A stretch of 61,409 nucleotides of DNA, filler included, from Bacteriovoracaceae bacterium (GCA_018649885.1; 6 parts of 6 records of this genome joined end to end with filler, not necessarily neighbours in it); one strand, 5' to 3'; shown: positions 20,399-30,456, counted from the whole stretch's first letter. Notes: a model not told the origin generated them from the letters alone. Numbers and translations are program-made.

Positions 20399-23300
20399 TC
20401 AGATGAGCAGGATCTCTATTGTGTAGAAGGTGCTCATCATAGTTCTAAAGCTGGGACCCACTTTTTCGGCCATGTAAGCAATTTGAAGTAGCTCTTCTGG
20501 TGAGTAGCCGTTTAATTTATAAGTTAGTTCTGGCCCTAGGTTTCTCTCAAGCTTCAGTTGCATCATTTGCCTGAAATAAGGCTCTGGGATTTGTCCAGTG
20601 CTTTGAAGTGTGGCCAGTGCATTAGGATCTTTTGTTATCCAGTAGTCGAGGGCCTCATCGTAAAAGCGTTGGTGATATTTACCAAATTCTTCAACATCAT
20701 CTAATGTTGAAAGCGCCATCTCAGCGGTTGCCCCGTATTTTTTATTGCCCGCTCGCAGATCTCTTTGAACGGCCACACCTTTATCATCTAAGCTAGTGGG
20801 TCTTGGTTTTCCGCCGTCGGCCTGGAGTGCTTCTCTTCTTCCCTCAAGGCCATCGCCGATGGCATCGGCATCGCGGATAAAGGCGTCTCTAAGAGGTCTG
20901 ACATCAGGCTCGTAGGTGCGAAGTCTGACTCCGTCTGGGAGTTCTCCAGCAAGCAGTCGCAATTTATCATCAAAGCTTAAATTGGGAATGTCTTTAGGAT
21001 TAATGTCAGGTCTTCTGAAAGCAATATTTTCATCAAGAAGTTGCATTGCCACTTGAGCTTCATCGGTTAGGCGCGAAGCCGTTGTGCCATCTGGTAGTTC
21101 AAAGGCCCCTTCTCTGGCGTGACGCTTAAATCCGTCAATCAACTCATCGAGCTGGCTTCCCGTTAAGTGTAGAGGTCCTGAGTTAAAGTGCTGTCTAGCT
21201 CCCGGTAATCGTCCACTACCCAGAACTCCAAAAACCATACCCTCGGCTGCCGCCGCAAGCCCTGCTTCCAGTTTGGGATTTCCCCAAAAGGTTTGTGCTT
21301 TTTTAGTTTTGGCATCAGCAGCTACCAGCTGCTCTGGGGTGACTCCATGGCCGAGTAAAAAACTAGTCCTTGTATAGTTGCCATCTCTAACAACGTCTTG
21401 CTCAGAGGGAGCTAAGGCCACCCCTATTCCTCCGCCAATACCTGCACCGATAAGGGCACTGGCAGCAACGGTGGCAAAACTTTTTGAAACTCCTGTTACA
21501 TCGGGAACGGCGAAAAAGAGTACATCCATTCCAATTTGGAGTCCGATCATCGCGCCCGTTTTAAAATTTTCTGTATCAGTCAGGCCGTTTGATAAACGAC
21601 ATGCTAGAGGCGACATATCTCGTCTTTTTCCGCACTCTAAGGGTGTTGTTTTTTGTGGCATTTCATCGCGAGGAACTTCAAGGCCATCAAAGAGTTGACT
21701 CATGCTCTTTCGATCGCAATCATAGAAACTATCCATGACAGATTTATCTCGAATCGCTTTTCTGGCGTAGTCCCAAGGGCCTTCACACATATCTTTAATT
21801 TGGTCTTTAAAACCATCTAGTTTTTCTTGCAGCTGAGTTTCGTTCACTCGCTCCAACTCAACAATGGCCTCGCGTGGAGCTTTCTGTAGTTTTGAGTCCA
21901 CATCATTAGGGTCTTTTCGTGCCTTGGACATGCAACTACTTAAAGGTGCACCAAACTCACCATTGTAAGCTGGGTCTTTTAATTCAGTTCTTGAATAACG
22001 GTTTTGATCGCGAGAATAATCGAGTATTCCCTGAGGAGTTTCTCCTTGTTCTGCGATTTTCTTCGTCGCCCTATCATCTCCCGATCCGCCCATACCCAGT
22101 GCTGGGTATTGACCGTAGATTTGACCAAGCTCGGATATAAGATCGCCGTACTCACGATGAAGCTCTCGGCAGTAATAAAATCTCTCTTTCTGCGTCTGTT
22201 CGCGCTGAAAAGTAATCCCGGTAGTTCCATAGGCCTCGGCAGCGCTGATCATGGGCTCGCCCGTTAAATTATTCATTTTGAAATATGAACACGGCCTTTG
22301 GGATTCATCTTTCCAGGCATCAGTGTCTGGTAAGATAGCATTTCTAAAAAGTGGAAGATTTCCCACCACATAATCAATAGGAACATTGGCCGCATGGTAA
22401 GCGGCCGAAAGATAGGACTCTTCTTCGTAGGCAGCTGAGGCATCTGTCATGTGCTTTCTGTGGTCGGCCAGCTTATCGTATAAGCTCACATCTTTTGAAA
22501 GCTGTCTGGCAATCTCTTTAACTCGAACAGCGATCACCTCAGCGCATTTTGCTCCCCACACAGCATTACTATTGTACTCATCAGAAAGCTCTTGCAATTT
22601 TTCAGGGTCATCACTGGGAATAGCAGCGCTCATTTCATCGAGGTAACCAGGCAAGCTAGAAAAGCAGTTATAATTTTCATCATCTGCTAAGAGGTCTCTA
22701 AATGCCTGCAGCTTTCCTGGCGCAGAAGCTGGGTCTACAAGGTGGGCCAGTTCAGTATATTTTTCAATGACAAGTTTTCCAACATGTTCACTGACTTTTC
22801 GATTAAAGCACTCTGGTAATGTATAGTAAGTACAAAGAGGTTCATTGTCTTCTGGAGTGATCATGTAACGATCGTAGATGCCATCCACTAACGCATGGTA
22901 CTCGCTAAGTTTTTGAGCACCCAGGGTAATATCCGGAATATCAACTCGTTCAATTTGTGGGGTAATTAATTTGAGACCGCTTTCTGCCCGGAACAGACTC
23001 ATAGCATCTGTGACTCGCATGCGACTAATATCAAAAGCTGTACTACTGCCACAATATTCTTTGTTGAGCCAGTAGGGACAGCCAATGCGCTCCCCTAGCC
23101 CTGGCAAATTGGCAGCAAAGCTATCGCTGAGATCGTAGAGGGCATCTTCCACGTTCCCCGAACCTTGCTCTCCATCTGGGCCACTTGCAAGTCCTGGCGC
23201 AATCAACCCTTCTGAATCTGATTGACCACCTTCACTGCCAATGCCAAATCTCACCGCTTTTCTGGCCGCTGATTCTGGGTTTGATCCTTGCTCATTCCAA

Positions 23301-23875
23301 GGGATTGTATTTTCACAACGTGAGGCCTCCCACATTTCCCCAAAATCTTTGGGTGGGTCGTTGGGAATTGCTTCAATAATTTTTTGGCAGCCATAGCGAA
23401 AAGCACCCTCTAGATTTGTTGCTGTATTCCACTCATCAAGAAAGCCTATGGCCTGTTCAGTATTTAAATCACTTCCTGAGTAAGACTCAATGGCCGATTT
23501 ATAACAATCATAGAATCCTGATTGAAGTAGCTCATCTTTCATCAGTCCATCTCTATTGCAATTAGCTGCCACACTCTCATTGAGTGCTGGAGGAAGTGTC
23601 GCCCAAAGGCCGTACCACATTTCTCTTGAGTGACGACTGTAGCCAGATATAGATGTTGCTACTTTTTGTGCCAGCTCCACTGAAGGCCTTGCACAATTAA
23701 AATCTCCCTCCATGGTAAATTCTATGGTGTATCCTTCAGGATTTTGACAATAGGTATTGAATTGCTGAACAAGTCTTGTTGCAAGTTCTTTGGATGCATA
23801 AAACGAGGAAACACGAATGGTCGCTTTGACGCTAAAACTCAATAGTAAAATGAAAACACTCAGAAAACGTACCAC
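20399..23875 (-). CDS. N-terminal part of a giant secreted protein (signal peptide, Cys-rich region, Gly/Ala-rich hydrophobic segment); probably frameshifted into 15525-20363
   Basis: MVRFLSVFILLLSFSVKA signal peptide; ASALIGAGIGGGIGVALAP; downstream frame is open across the last 14 codons. Confidence 0.8.
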   Translation of the reverse strand: MVRFLSVFILLLSFSVKATIRVSSFYASKELATRLVQQFNTYCQNPEGYTIEFTMEGDFNCARPSVELAQKVATSISGYSRHSREMWYGLWATLPPALNESVAANCNRDGLMKDELLQSGFYDCYKSAIESYSGSDLNTEQAIGFLDEWNTATNLEGAFRYGCQKIIEAIPNDPPKDFGEMWEASRCENTIPWNEQGSNPESAARKAVRFGIGSEGGQSDSEGLIAPGLASGPDGEQGSGNVEDALYDLSDSFAANLPGLGERIGCPYWLNKEYCGSSTAFDISRMRVTDAMSLFRAESGLKLITPQIERVDIPDITLGAQKLSEYHALVDGIYDRYMITPEDNEPLCTYYTLPECFNRKVSEHVGKLVIEKYTELAHLVDPASAPGKLQAFRDLLADDENYNCFSSLPGYLDEMSAAIPSDDPEKLQELSDEYNSNAVWGAKCAEVIAVRVKEIARQLSKDVSLYDKLADHRKHMTDASAAYEEESYLSAAYHAANVPIDYVVGNLPLFRNAILPDTDAWKDESQRPCSYFKMNNLTGEPMISAAEAYGTTGITFQREQTQKERFYYCRELHREYGDLISELGQIYGQYPALGMGGSGDDRATKKIAEQGETPQGILDYSRDQNRYSRTELKDPAYNGEFGAPLSSCMSKARKDPNDVDSKLQKAPREAIVELERVNETQLQEKLDGFKDQIKDMCEGPWDYARKAIRDKSVMDSFYDCDRKSMSQLFDGLEVPRDEMPQKTTPLECGKRRDMSPLACRLSNGLTDTENFKTGAMIGLQIGMDVLFFAVPDVTGVSKSFATVAASALIGAGIGGGIGVALAPSEQDVVRDGNYTRTSFLLGHGVTPEQLVAADAKTKKAQTFWGNPKLEAGLAAAAEGMVFGVLGSGRLPGARQHFNSGPLHLTGSQLDELIDGFKRHAREGAFELPDGTTASRLTDEAQVAMQLLDENIAFRRPDINPKDIPNLSFDDKLRLLAGELPDGVRLRTYEPDVRPLRDAFIRDADAIGDGLEGRREALQADGGKPRPTSLDDKGVAVQRDLRAGNKKYGATAEMALSTLDDVEEFGKYHQRFYDEALDYWITKDPNALATLQSTGQIPEPYFRQMMQLKLERNLGPELTYKLNGYSPEELLQIAYMAEKVGPSFRTMMSTFYTIEILLI

Positions 23876-24086
23876 TTAAAATCCTCGCACTCACTTTATC
23901 GACTTATTAGTTCTATTATTTGACTCATTTATATATAGGCCAAATTTTGCTCTAGGTGGTTGAATTTTGGGAGATGAAACTGGCCATAGTTATTGGCAAA
24001 ATGGCCAAAATAAAACAAATATTATTTAAAAATAATTGAGCACATGAGGCGTGTAAAACTAGCTGGAAAAATGTTTAGAGGTTAGT

Positions 24087-24578
24087 TTATGCAGATTTCT
24101 TGGTGTCTTCACTGCTTTGCAATTTTTCCATGGCCTGGTTGATCTCGCTAGGAAGGTCGCTAAAGTAATCATTCTTTCTGAAGAATACTGGGTTAATATC
24201 CCCACCATTTTTTATAGCAATAAAATAAGTCACAAGCCTCTTTATTGGACCTGCCATTCTATGAGTTATTAAAAGAGTTGCAAGGATTGAAAGGCCCAAC
24301 CCCAAAAACATTCCTATTAAAATAAACCCCATCAGATTGGCCTTTTCTAGAGCTAAAAAGTCAAAATAAGGATGATCAATTGGTAGATTTACCTTGCTTC
24401 CAAGTTGCGCCAGATTATTAAAGCTAGACCAAATCTGAAAATATATAAAACCGCATAAAGACGTTATTGTAACTGAAAAAATGGCCAGAACTGTTAGCTG
24501 AAATTTGGGGTAAATTAAAAAACTATGTCTACCCATAAAATGTCTATCACCGCTCATTTTGCTCTCCATTTTTACCAT
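24087..24578 (-). CDS. Two-TM membrane protein with HAMP-like C-terminus
   Basis: Two hydrophobic helices followed by THRMAGPIKRL...FRKNDYFSDL. Confidence 0.75.
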   Translation of the reverse strand: MVKMESKMSGDRHFMGRHSFLIYPKFQLTVLAIFSVTITSLCGFIYFQIWSSFNNLAQLGSKVNLPIDHPYFDFLALEKANLMGFILIGMFLGLGLSILATLLITHRMAGPIKRLVTYFIAIKNGGDINPVFFRKNDYFSDLPSEINQAMEKLQSSEDTKKSA

Positions 24579-24779
24579 TCCTTCAGATTTTCGGGTTTTT
24601 GAGCAGACAAATTTAGCTTTTAAGAGGTTAAGTTTGGAGTAAATAAAGTTTATGGGGGCTTTGAAAGTAGGACATGCTGGGGAGGGGCAGCTGTAAGTGG
24701 TACCTGTTAAGGGTTTTCTTTAGGCACGTCTCTAGGGGATTTTGAGGGTCTGTATTTGTATTATTAATAAGTGATTACG

Positions 24780-25230
24780 GTAGTCTGTGTCAGTTTTGTT
24801 TTTTCGAGTTTTCATTGAGAGGTTTGACCCTTTGGTGAAGTGGAGTTGCACGCCCTAGGGCTTCTATCGGGGTCTCGCAGACAAGGCGGAGATTTTTAAA
24901 AGGTGTGATCTTTTATTGATGTCTCGCTCTAGCTGGAATGGTTTTTGGTGGTAGCAAAAGCTTTTATAAGCGTTCTGTGTTTGATTTTTTTTGAGAGGTT
25001 TGATTCATCAGCACAGTGGTTTTGCACGCCCACGGAAATTTTGTGAGCTTTAGTAAGTAAGGCGGTGGGGCTCCTATCAAAACGCAGATTTTTAAAAAGT
25101 GGGGCCTTTTATTGATGTATCACTTGGACTTAGGTTTATTTTTGGTGGTAGCAATTCTTTTATGGAGGAGAAAGTTTGATAGTCTGTGGATATTTATTTT
25201 TCTTTGAGTTTTGTTGAGAGGGTTGGTTAT
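24780..25230 (+). repeat. Tandem array (about 2.5 units, 175-220 bp each) of the HNH-associated repeat, upstream of HNH-2
   Basis: TTGAGAGG at 24815, 24991 and 25214; TTGCACGCCC twice; AGATTTTTAAAA..CTTTTATTGATGT..TTTTGGTGGTAGCAA cores at 24882-24958 and 25078-25154. Confidence 0.8.
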
Positions 25231-25352
25231 TTTTAGTTGGTTGAGATCGCCTCCTGTACTGACTTTGGAGATTTTCTAAAGGGATAAATTTAAATCTTTT
25301 TATTTTATAAACGTGATCAAAATGGTATGTTACTTTCACTTGGGAGGTAGCT

Positions 25353-25409
25353 TTGTCACTACAAAATTTATCAGATGAAAGACTTATAGCAGACACTAAA
25401 ATGTGGAAT
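25353..25409 (+). CDS. 5' end of a second HNH endonuclease paralog, cut by the contig end and absent from the ORF track
   Basis: Reads MSLQNLSDERLIADTKMWN versus MSLRNLSDEMLIADTKMWN for HNH-1 (17/19 identical); same AAAATGGTATGTTAC and TGGGAGGT upstream. Confidence 0.88.
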
Positions 25410-25509
25410 NNNNNNNNNNNNNNNNNNNNNNNNNNNNNNNNNNNNNNNNNNNNTTAATTAATTAANNNNNNNNNNNNNNNNNNNNNNNNNNNNNNNNNNN
25501 NNNNNNNNN
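25410..25509. other. Artificial contig linker
   Basis: 44 N + TTAATTAATTAA (stops in all frames) + 44 N. Confidence 0.98.
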
Positions 25510-25880
25510 AGTTTTGCTAAGTCTTGATAGTAGACCGTGGTGTTGCCGCCGTTTCCGCCGGAGCCTCCGTTTCCACCTCTGCCACCATTTCCACCACTTG
25601 CTCCGTAGAGATTGTGAGAAGGTCTTCTGTGCCAGCAGCTTGAGGCGTCTTGTCCTCGCTGTCCATCGTAGGCATCACTGCCATCACTTCCGTCTAGGTT
25701 GAGTCTTTCAGACCTGTCTGTGGCGTAGACTGTAGAGCGTGAGCCCGAGACACCTGAGCGTCCGTTTTGTCCGTTGTAACCATCGCGACCGGCGTATCCA
25801 AAGTAGTAGTAGGCGTAGAGATCTCCTCCAAAGGCAGAGCTTAGAAGTAGGATCAGTATTCCCTTCAGTGGGTATGACAT
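25510..25880 (-). CDS. Secreted Gly-rich collagen-like repeat protein, 3' truncated
   Basis: Signal peptide; G-x-x repeats GRDGYNGQNGRSG and GGNGGRGGNGG. Confidence 0.8.
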
Positions 25881-26508
25881 AATTCCTCCGTGTAGTATTT
25901 TATGTCATAATTGTCCCTGCCAGAGGTCGTCTCTGTCAATTACTAGAGCGTTCTCTATAACGGAAAAGCATCAATTGTTAGAATTTCTTAACAACAGTGG
26001 TGCGAGGCGTCTTACTACTCGTTAAACATCCTAAGGCCCATTTGATAGTAGTTGGTTTATCTGAGTTAGCTGACTGGAGAGCATCTATTATTAGGTAGTC
26101 GATAGCATCAACGACTTTTTGAAGTAGAGGATGCGAAATTTTCAATGATATTTGGTTTATCACTGCCACAAGATGCGCACAGAAGTGCCATGGTGATTAA
26201 TGAAAAAATCCGTTTTAACTTTGCCATTTCTGATCCTCAAAAAATTTAGATATTGTCTTAATTTTAGGACGTATTTGGGGCCAGGTATTGGGCCTTGTAA
26301 AAAGGAAAATGGGCGTATAAAAGTTGGTCAAAAATAGTCTGGCACGGTGGTCAGGTATTGTAAGAAAACCCTTTAATTTAAAGGATGTAAGAAGTTACCC
26401 TGCTGTGCAAGATGCGTTTTGATACCAACTTGATTGGTGCATGGTGTAATTGAGTCTCCTCGGACATTTTTGGCGCTAGCTAACTATTTATTAGATGGTT
26501 ATAAGTGG

Positions 26509-26524
26509 TGGCATCACAATTGCT
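26509..26524 (+). promoter_or_regulatory. Sigma-54 (-24/-12) promoter-like site
   Basis: TGGCAT-CACAA-TTGCT with canonical spacing, about 50 nt before the ATG at 26574. Confidence 0.6.
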
Positions 26525-26573
26525 CTATGAAAAATCAAGGAAGAATAATATCGACTAACTTAGGGAGAGAAAA

Positions 26574-27095
26574 ATGTTACGTATGTTATTAATCACAGTT
26601 TTTTCAGTTGCATCACTTAGCAGTTATGCAAGAACTTGCTTCAACGCTAACGCCGTTCAGAGGGATGCCAACAAGCTTGCCAGAAAGTCTGGGGCCTTAG
26701 TTCAAGAGCTCAAGTACACCTACGGCCAAGGTCAACTTGTTAGAGCGGCCAAAGGGCTTAAGCGGTCGGCCAAAGCAATGAGTGATCAAGCTTATTACGG
26801 ACAGTCTTGCCGAAGACTACAAAGTCAGTTCTTTGCAGTTAGAAGTGCCATGGGACAGTTGAAGCTACAACTTCAAAGAGCACCCTATGCACGTCATAAC
26901 TACGGTGTGCAAAGTGATTTTCAACAGGTGAAGGCGGCTTTTAGGAAATTGAAGAGGACTCTCGATCAAAGTGATTACAGGCCTCACAATCCAAGACCGA
27001 GACCCGGGTATGGTAATGGGCATGGCGGAAGTTACGAAACTTCAGGTCATGAAGATCAGTACGATGTTGATAATGACACCTTTTGGTGGGAGTAA
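26574..27095 (+). CDS. Hypothetical secreted helical protein
   Basis: Signal peptide, GGGGAG RBS, downstream terminator. Confidence 0.8.
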   Translation: MLRMLLITVFSVASLSSYARTCFNANAVQRDANKLARKSGALVQELKYTYGQGQLVRAAKGLKRSAKAMSDQAYYGQSCRRLQSQFFAVRSAMGQLKLQLQRAPYARHNYGVQSDFQQVKAAFRKLKRTLDQSDYRPHNPRPRPGYGNGHGGSYETSGHEDQYDVDNDTFWWE

Positions 27096-27101
27096 GCATT
27101 A

Positions 27102-27131
27102 TGAGGTGTCCTGGTGGGCACCTCACTTTTT
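27102..27131. terminator. Terminator between convergent genes
   Basis: TGAGGTGTCC-TGGT-GGGCACCTCA followed by a T run. Confidence 0.7.
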
Positions 27132-27135
27132 AATA

Positions 27136-28104
27136 TTAAAAAATGCTAGGGCAGTACTTATGAGAGTTTTCAACAACTGATTTTATATATTCCTCTTTTT
27201 GGAACCTGGCACTTGCCACGTCAAAGGAATCCAGAAGAATCTTCTTTTCAGCTCCCAGTAAATCCATCTCACTGATAACCAAACGAAGATCTACAAGTTT
27301 TCTTGTGAACTTTCTCCACTCAGGAAGAACCCTGTCCCAGGAGTAACAAAACCTTTTTATATAAGGCCCTGATCTAAACCTTTTATAAAAGGTCAAATCC
27401 GAGAAATCAAAGTCGTAAGGAATAACGTAGAGCTTAAGCTCTGGATATTTTTTAAAGAGTTTTACATTGTGTAGCAGATCCCAGGCAAAGGCGTAATCTT
27501 CATTGCCAATAAAGTGGTTGAAAAGGTGGGCGCGAAGGGCATTGTCATTTTCAACTTTTTTGGGATCAACTCGGTACATCCCTTTCTGGTATACCATCTT
27601 GCTTCGGTTTGAAAGATCGGTAGTTCTCTCAATAAAAAAGGAAAATTGTGGAGGGCCATCAAGGTATTTCACGCTTACGGCACGGACTCCGAAGCTAAGA
27701 TCTGTTATCTGTTGGTAGAGCTTGTAGCTGAGATATTCTCTTTTATTAAACTCAGCTCTCTCACCACGGTTGCACTGAGTGACTAGTTTGAGACTAGACT
27801 GATTTTCAAAGTCGCCTCCCTTGGTTTGATCACTACTGGCAAATTTAATTTTGAGAGGAGGGAAGTCACAATTTTTGAGGCGCCAATTCCCTCGTTTTTT
27901 TATGACAACATCAATTGTATCACCTGAGCTGAGTTTTATTGTGGAGGCCGTCGGTTGATCAATTGCCAGGATATCTTCAGTTTTTAAATTGATCGTGATG
28001 TTTAAAAGAGCAACTGAATCAAAGAGCTTTGAGCCCCAAACTGGTGCACATAAGATCTGGCCACTAATGGCGAAAAAAAACAAAAGAGTCATTTTAAAAT
28101 TCAT
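27136..28104 (-). CDS. Secreted CotH-like atypical kinase-fold protein
   Basis: RGNWR..C.FPPLKIKF, LKLVTQC, REYLSYKLY, FNHFIGNEDY, HNVKL, IPYDFDFS; signal peptide. Confidence 0.65.
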   Translation of the reverse strand: MNFKMTLLFFFAISGQILCAPVWGSKLFDSVALLNITINLKTEDILAIDQPTASTIKLSSGDTIDVVIKKRGNWRLKNCDFPPLKIKFASSDQTKGGDFENQSSLKLVTQCNRGERAEFNKREYLSYKLYQQITDLSFGVRAVSVKYLDGPPQFSFFIERTTDLSNRSKMVYQKGMYRVDPKKVENDNALRAHLFNHFIGNEDYAFAWDLLHNVKLFKKYPELKLYVIPYDFDFSDLTFYKRFRSGPYIKRFCYSWDRVLPEWRKFTRKLVDLRLVISEMDLLGAEKKILLDSFDVASARFQKEEYIKSVVENSHKYCPSIF

Positions 28105-28391
28105 GACAAACTTTTATGAAAAGATTGTTTTTTAGTCAACCACAGTTGGCCTTTATGAGATTTGGCCTAAGGGACTATGAACTTTTGGTAGGACAATTAA
28201 AAGCATCCGGAAAAAAAGTAGTTATCCATCATAAGCGGTGCCTCGTTTTATTTAAAATTTCCCCTATAGAAAAGCACAAGTGTTTGAAATTATAGGCCCA
28301 ATCGCTTTTATTGTTTGCCTTATAAAATTTGCTTTTGGATATCATGTTTTTATTATTTAGCTCTAGATAAACTCTAATGCATGGAGGGCTT

Positions 28392-29621
28392 ATGAGACTA
28401 TCTGTGGCCAGCAATTTTGATGACAAGCTTATTACTGAGATTAAAGACTACCCTGTTAGTGAGCTCTACGGAAAACTCACTTCAGATATTGTAGGTGGGG
28501 GACGTTCTAGTTATATGATTGATCCCATTGGTAAAAAAAGAGTGGAAGAGCATGTCGCCTTTGCAGCAAAACATGGAATTGGTTTCAATTATCTATTAAA
28601 TGCAGCTTGCCTCGACAATATAGAGACAACTAGGTCTTTTCAAAAACAAATTAGGAAATTACTAGACTGGATTTGTGAGATGGGAGTGAGATCCACAACT
28701 GTATCCAATCCACTTCTTCTTCGCTTGATCAAAAAAAAATATCCTGAGCTGCAAGCGCGTGTTTCGGTTTTTGCCTGCGTGGATCATCTGCAAAAGGCCA
28801 TGTATTGGCAAGACCTAGGAGCTGATGTCATCTGCCTAGACTCTCTAACTGTTAATAGAGAATTTGAGTCTCTCAAATCTTTGAGATCAAAACTAAGTTG
28901 TGATTTACAACTTCTTGCCAATAACAATTGTCTGCAGTCTTGCTCTATTGCCCATACCCATATGTGTCTTCTTGCTCATAGTTCACAAAGTGGACATAAA
29001 AATAAAGGATTTGTCATAGATCACTGCATTTTAGAGTGCACAAAAATGAAAATGCAGGACCCTGTTAATTTCATTCGCTCAGATTGGATTAGACCTGAAG
29101 ACCTTCACTATTATGAGGAAATTGGGATAGATAATTTTAAACTAGTGGAGAGAAACCTTCCCACTGAGCTGATGGTTCAAAGAGTTAAGGCCTATAGTGA
29201 AAGAAGCTTTGATGGCAATTTTATTGAACTGATTCAGCCCTACGGACATCAGAAAAAAGAGGGCGAGAGTAAAAAAATGAGTGGCAAGTTTTGGAGAACC
29301 TTCTCTTTTTTATTTCATCCCTTTAAAGTCAATCCTATTAAGCTTTTGCCACTCCAAAAGCTCAGTGAGAAAAAGGGAATGCTGAGAAGCTTAGAAGGAC
29401 CTGCTCCTATTGTCATCGACAATAAAAAACTCGACGGTTTTCTTACTCGTTTCTTAAAAAATAGCTGCCGAAATATATCCTGTGAAGAATGCCAGTACTG
29501 TCATCAATTTGCAGAAAAGGCCATTACCATAAATAAAGAATATCAGAATGAATGCCTTGATCTTCACAAAACCATAGACAAGAATCTTGAGACTGGTGGC
29601 TTTTGGAATTACACCAGCTAG
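28392..29621 (+). CDS. U32 family protein, probable Fe-S hydroxylase-like; start ATG 28392
   Basis: FNYLLNAAC, LLANNNCLQSC, WIRPEDL, FKLVER; C-terminal CxxxxCxxCxxC; GGAGG RBS. Confidence 0.85.
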   Translation: MRLSVASNFDDKLITEIKDYPVSELYGKLTSDIVGGGRSSYMIDPIGKKRVEEHVAFAAKHGIGFNYLLNAACLDNIETTRSFQKQIRKLLDWICEMGVRSTTVSNPLLLRLIKKKYPELQARVSVFACVDHLQKAMYWQDLGADVICLDSLTVNREFESLKSLRSKLSCDLQLLANNNCLQSCSIAHTHMCLLAHSSQSGHKNKGFVIDHCILECTKMKMQDPVNFIRSDWIRPEDLHYYEEIGIDNFKLVERNLPTELMVQRVKAYSERSFDGNFIELIQPYGHQKKEGESKKMSGKFWRTFSFLFHPFKVNPIKLLPLQKLSEKKGMLRSLEGPAPIVIDNKKLDGFLTRFLKNSCRNISCEECQYCHQFAEKAITINKEYQNECLDLHKTIDKNLETGGFWNYTS

Positions 29622-29758
29622 TGCCATAAAGAGGTGGCAGATTTCTCATTAAACAATCTTAATATTGCTCGATTTCAATGACTTACAGGCCTTGCAAATG
29701 GTCTTTTTTAAGTCCAGATACAATAGATAAGTAATTGTATTTGAAGGGAATGTGAGCA

Positions 29759-30345
29759 ATGTTCAAGGCGAAATTTAAATTCACTCCTTTATATGTGTGC
29801 GCTCTCGTGTTCGTTTTTACTTTTGTCAGTGGTTGTAACTTCAGTGCTCTCAAAGTTAAAAAAGATGATGAAAAAAAAGAGTATTGCAAAATTTTTGCGG
29901 GCTCTCCTGGTTGTGAAGCCGAAGTAGTTCCCACTTCAATTCCTACAGGTGACGCCGAAATTCTTGCGGCTTCAAGCTATGTGAGGATTGAGGGCTCAGC
30001 AGGTGGCGCCGCTGAATACACCATTCATGCCATGACCACAGACGATACACTGACCCTATATGCAGCAGCCTATAATGCTACCAATGATTTTCTAGGAAAT
30101 GTTTCGGTTAACTGGACCATTCAAAATGCTATGGGAGCGATTACTGCGGGTCCTTCTAGCTCTACTACTTTTACTGCCAACAGTGTTGGAGTTGAAATTG
30201 TTGACTTAAGCATCCTCGCCTTCAATGACAGCACCGGAAATATCACAGTTTCAATTGGCGCTCAGGCGATGGTCAAGGTTAACGATGCAGCTGGCCCTGG
30301 TGGAGTTGAACTCAACACAAATACATTAAATGCAGATCAAACAGA
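29759..30345 (+). CDS. Lipoprotein with Ig-like repeats, 3' truncated
   Basis: Lipobox VSGC; Thr/Ala-rich beta sequence; runs into the linker. Confidence 0.75.
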
Positions 30346-30445
30346 NNNNNNNNNNNNNNNNNNNNNNNNNNNNNNNNNNNNNNNNNNNNTTAATTAATTA
30401 ANNNNNNNNNNNNNNNNNNNNNNNNNNNNNNNNNNNNNNNNNNNN
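30346..30445. other. Artificial contig linker
   Basis: 44 N + TTAATTAATTAA + 44 N. Confidence 0.98.
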
Positions 30446-30456
30446 CAGTACGCGCC

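Noticed and set aside
25410..25509. TTAATTAATTAA palindrome inside N runs, five times in the window
   Set aside because: Identical 100-nt artificial linker; ORFs running through it and gene adjacency across it are meaningless.
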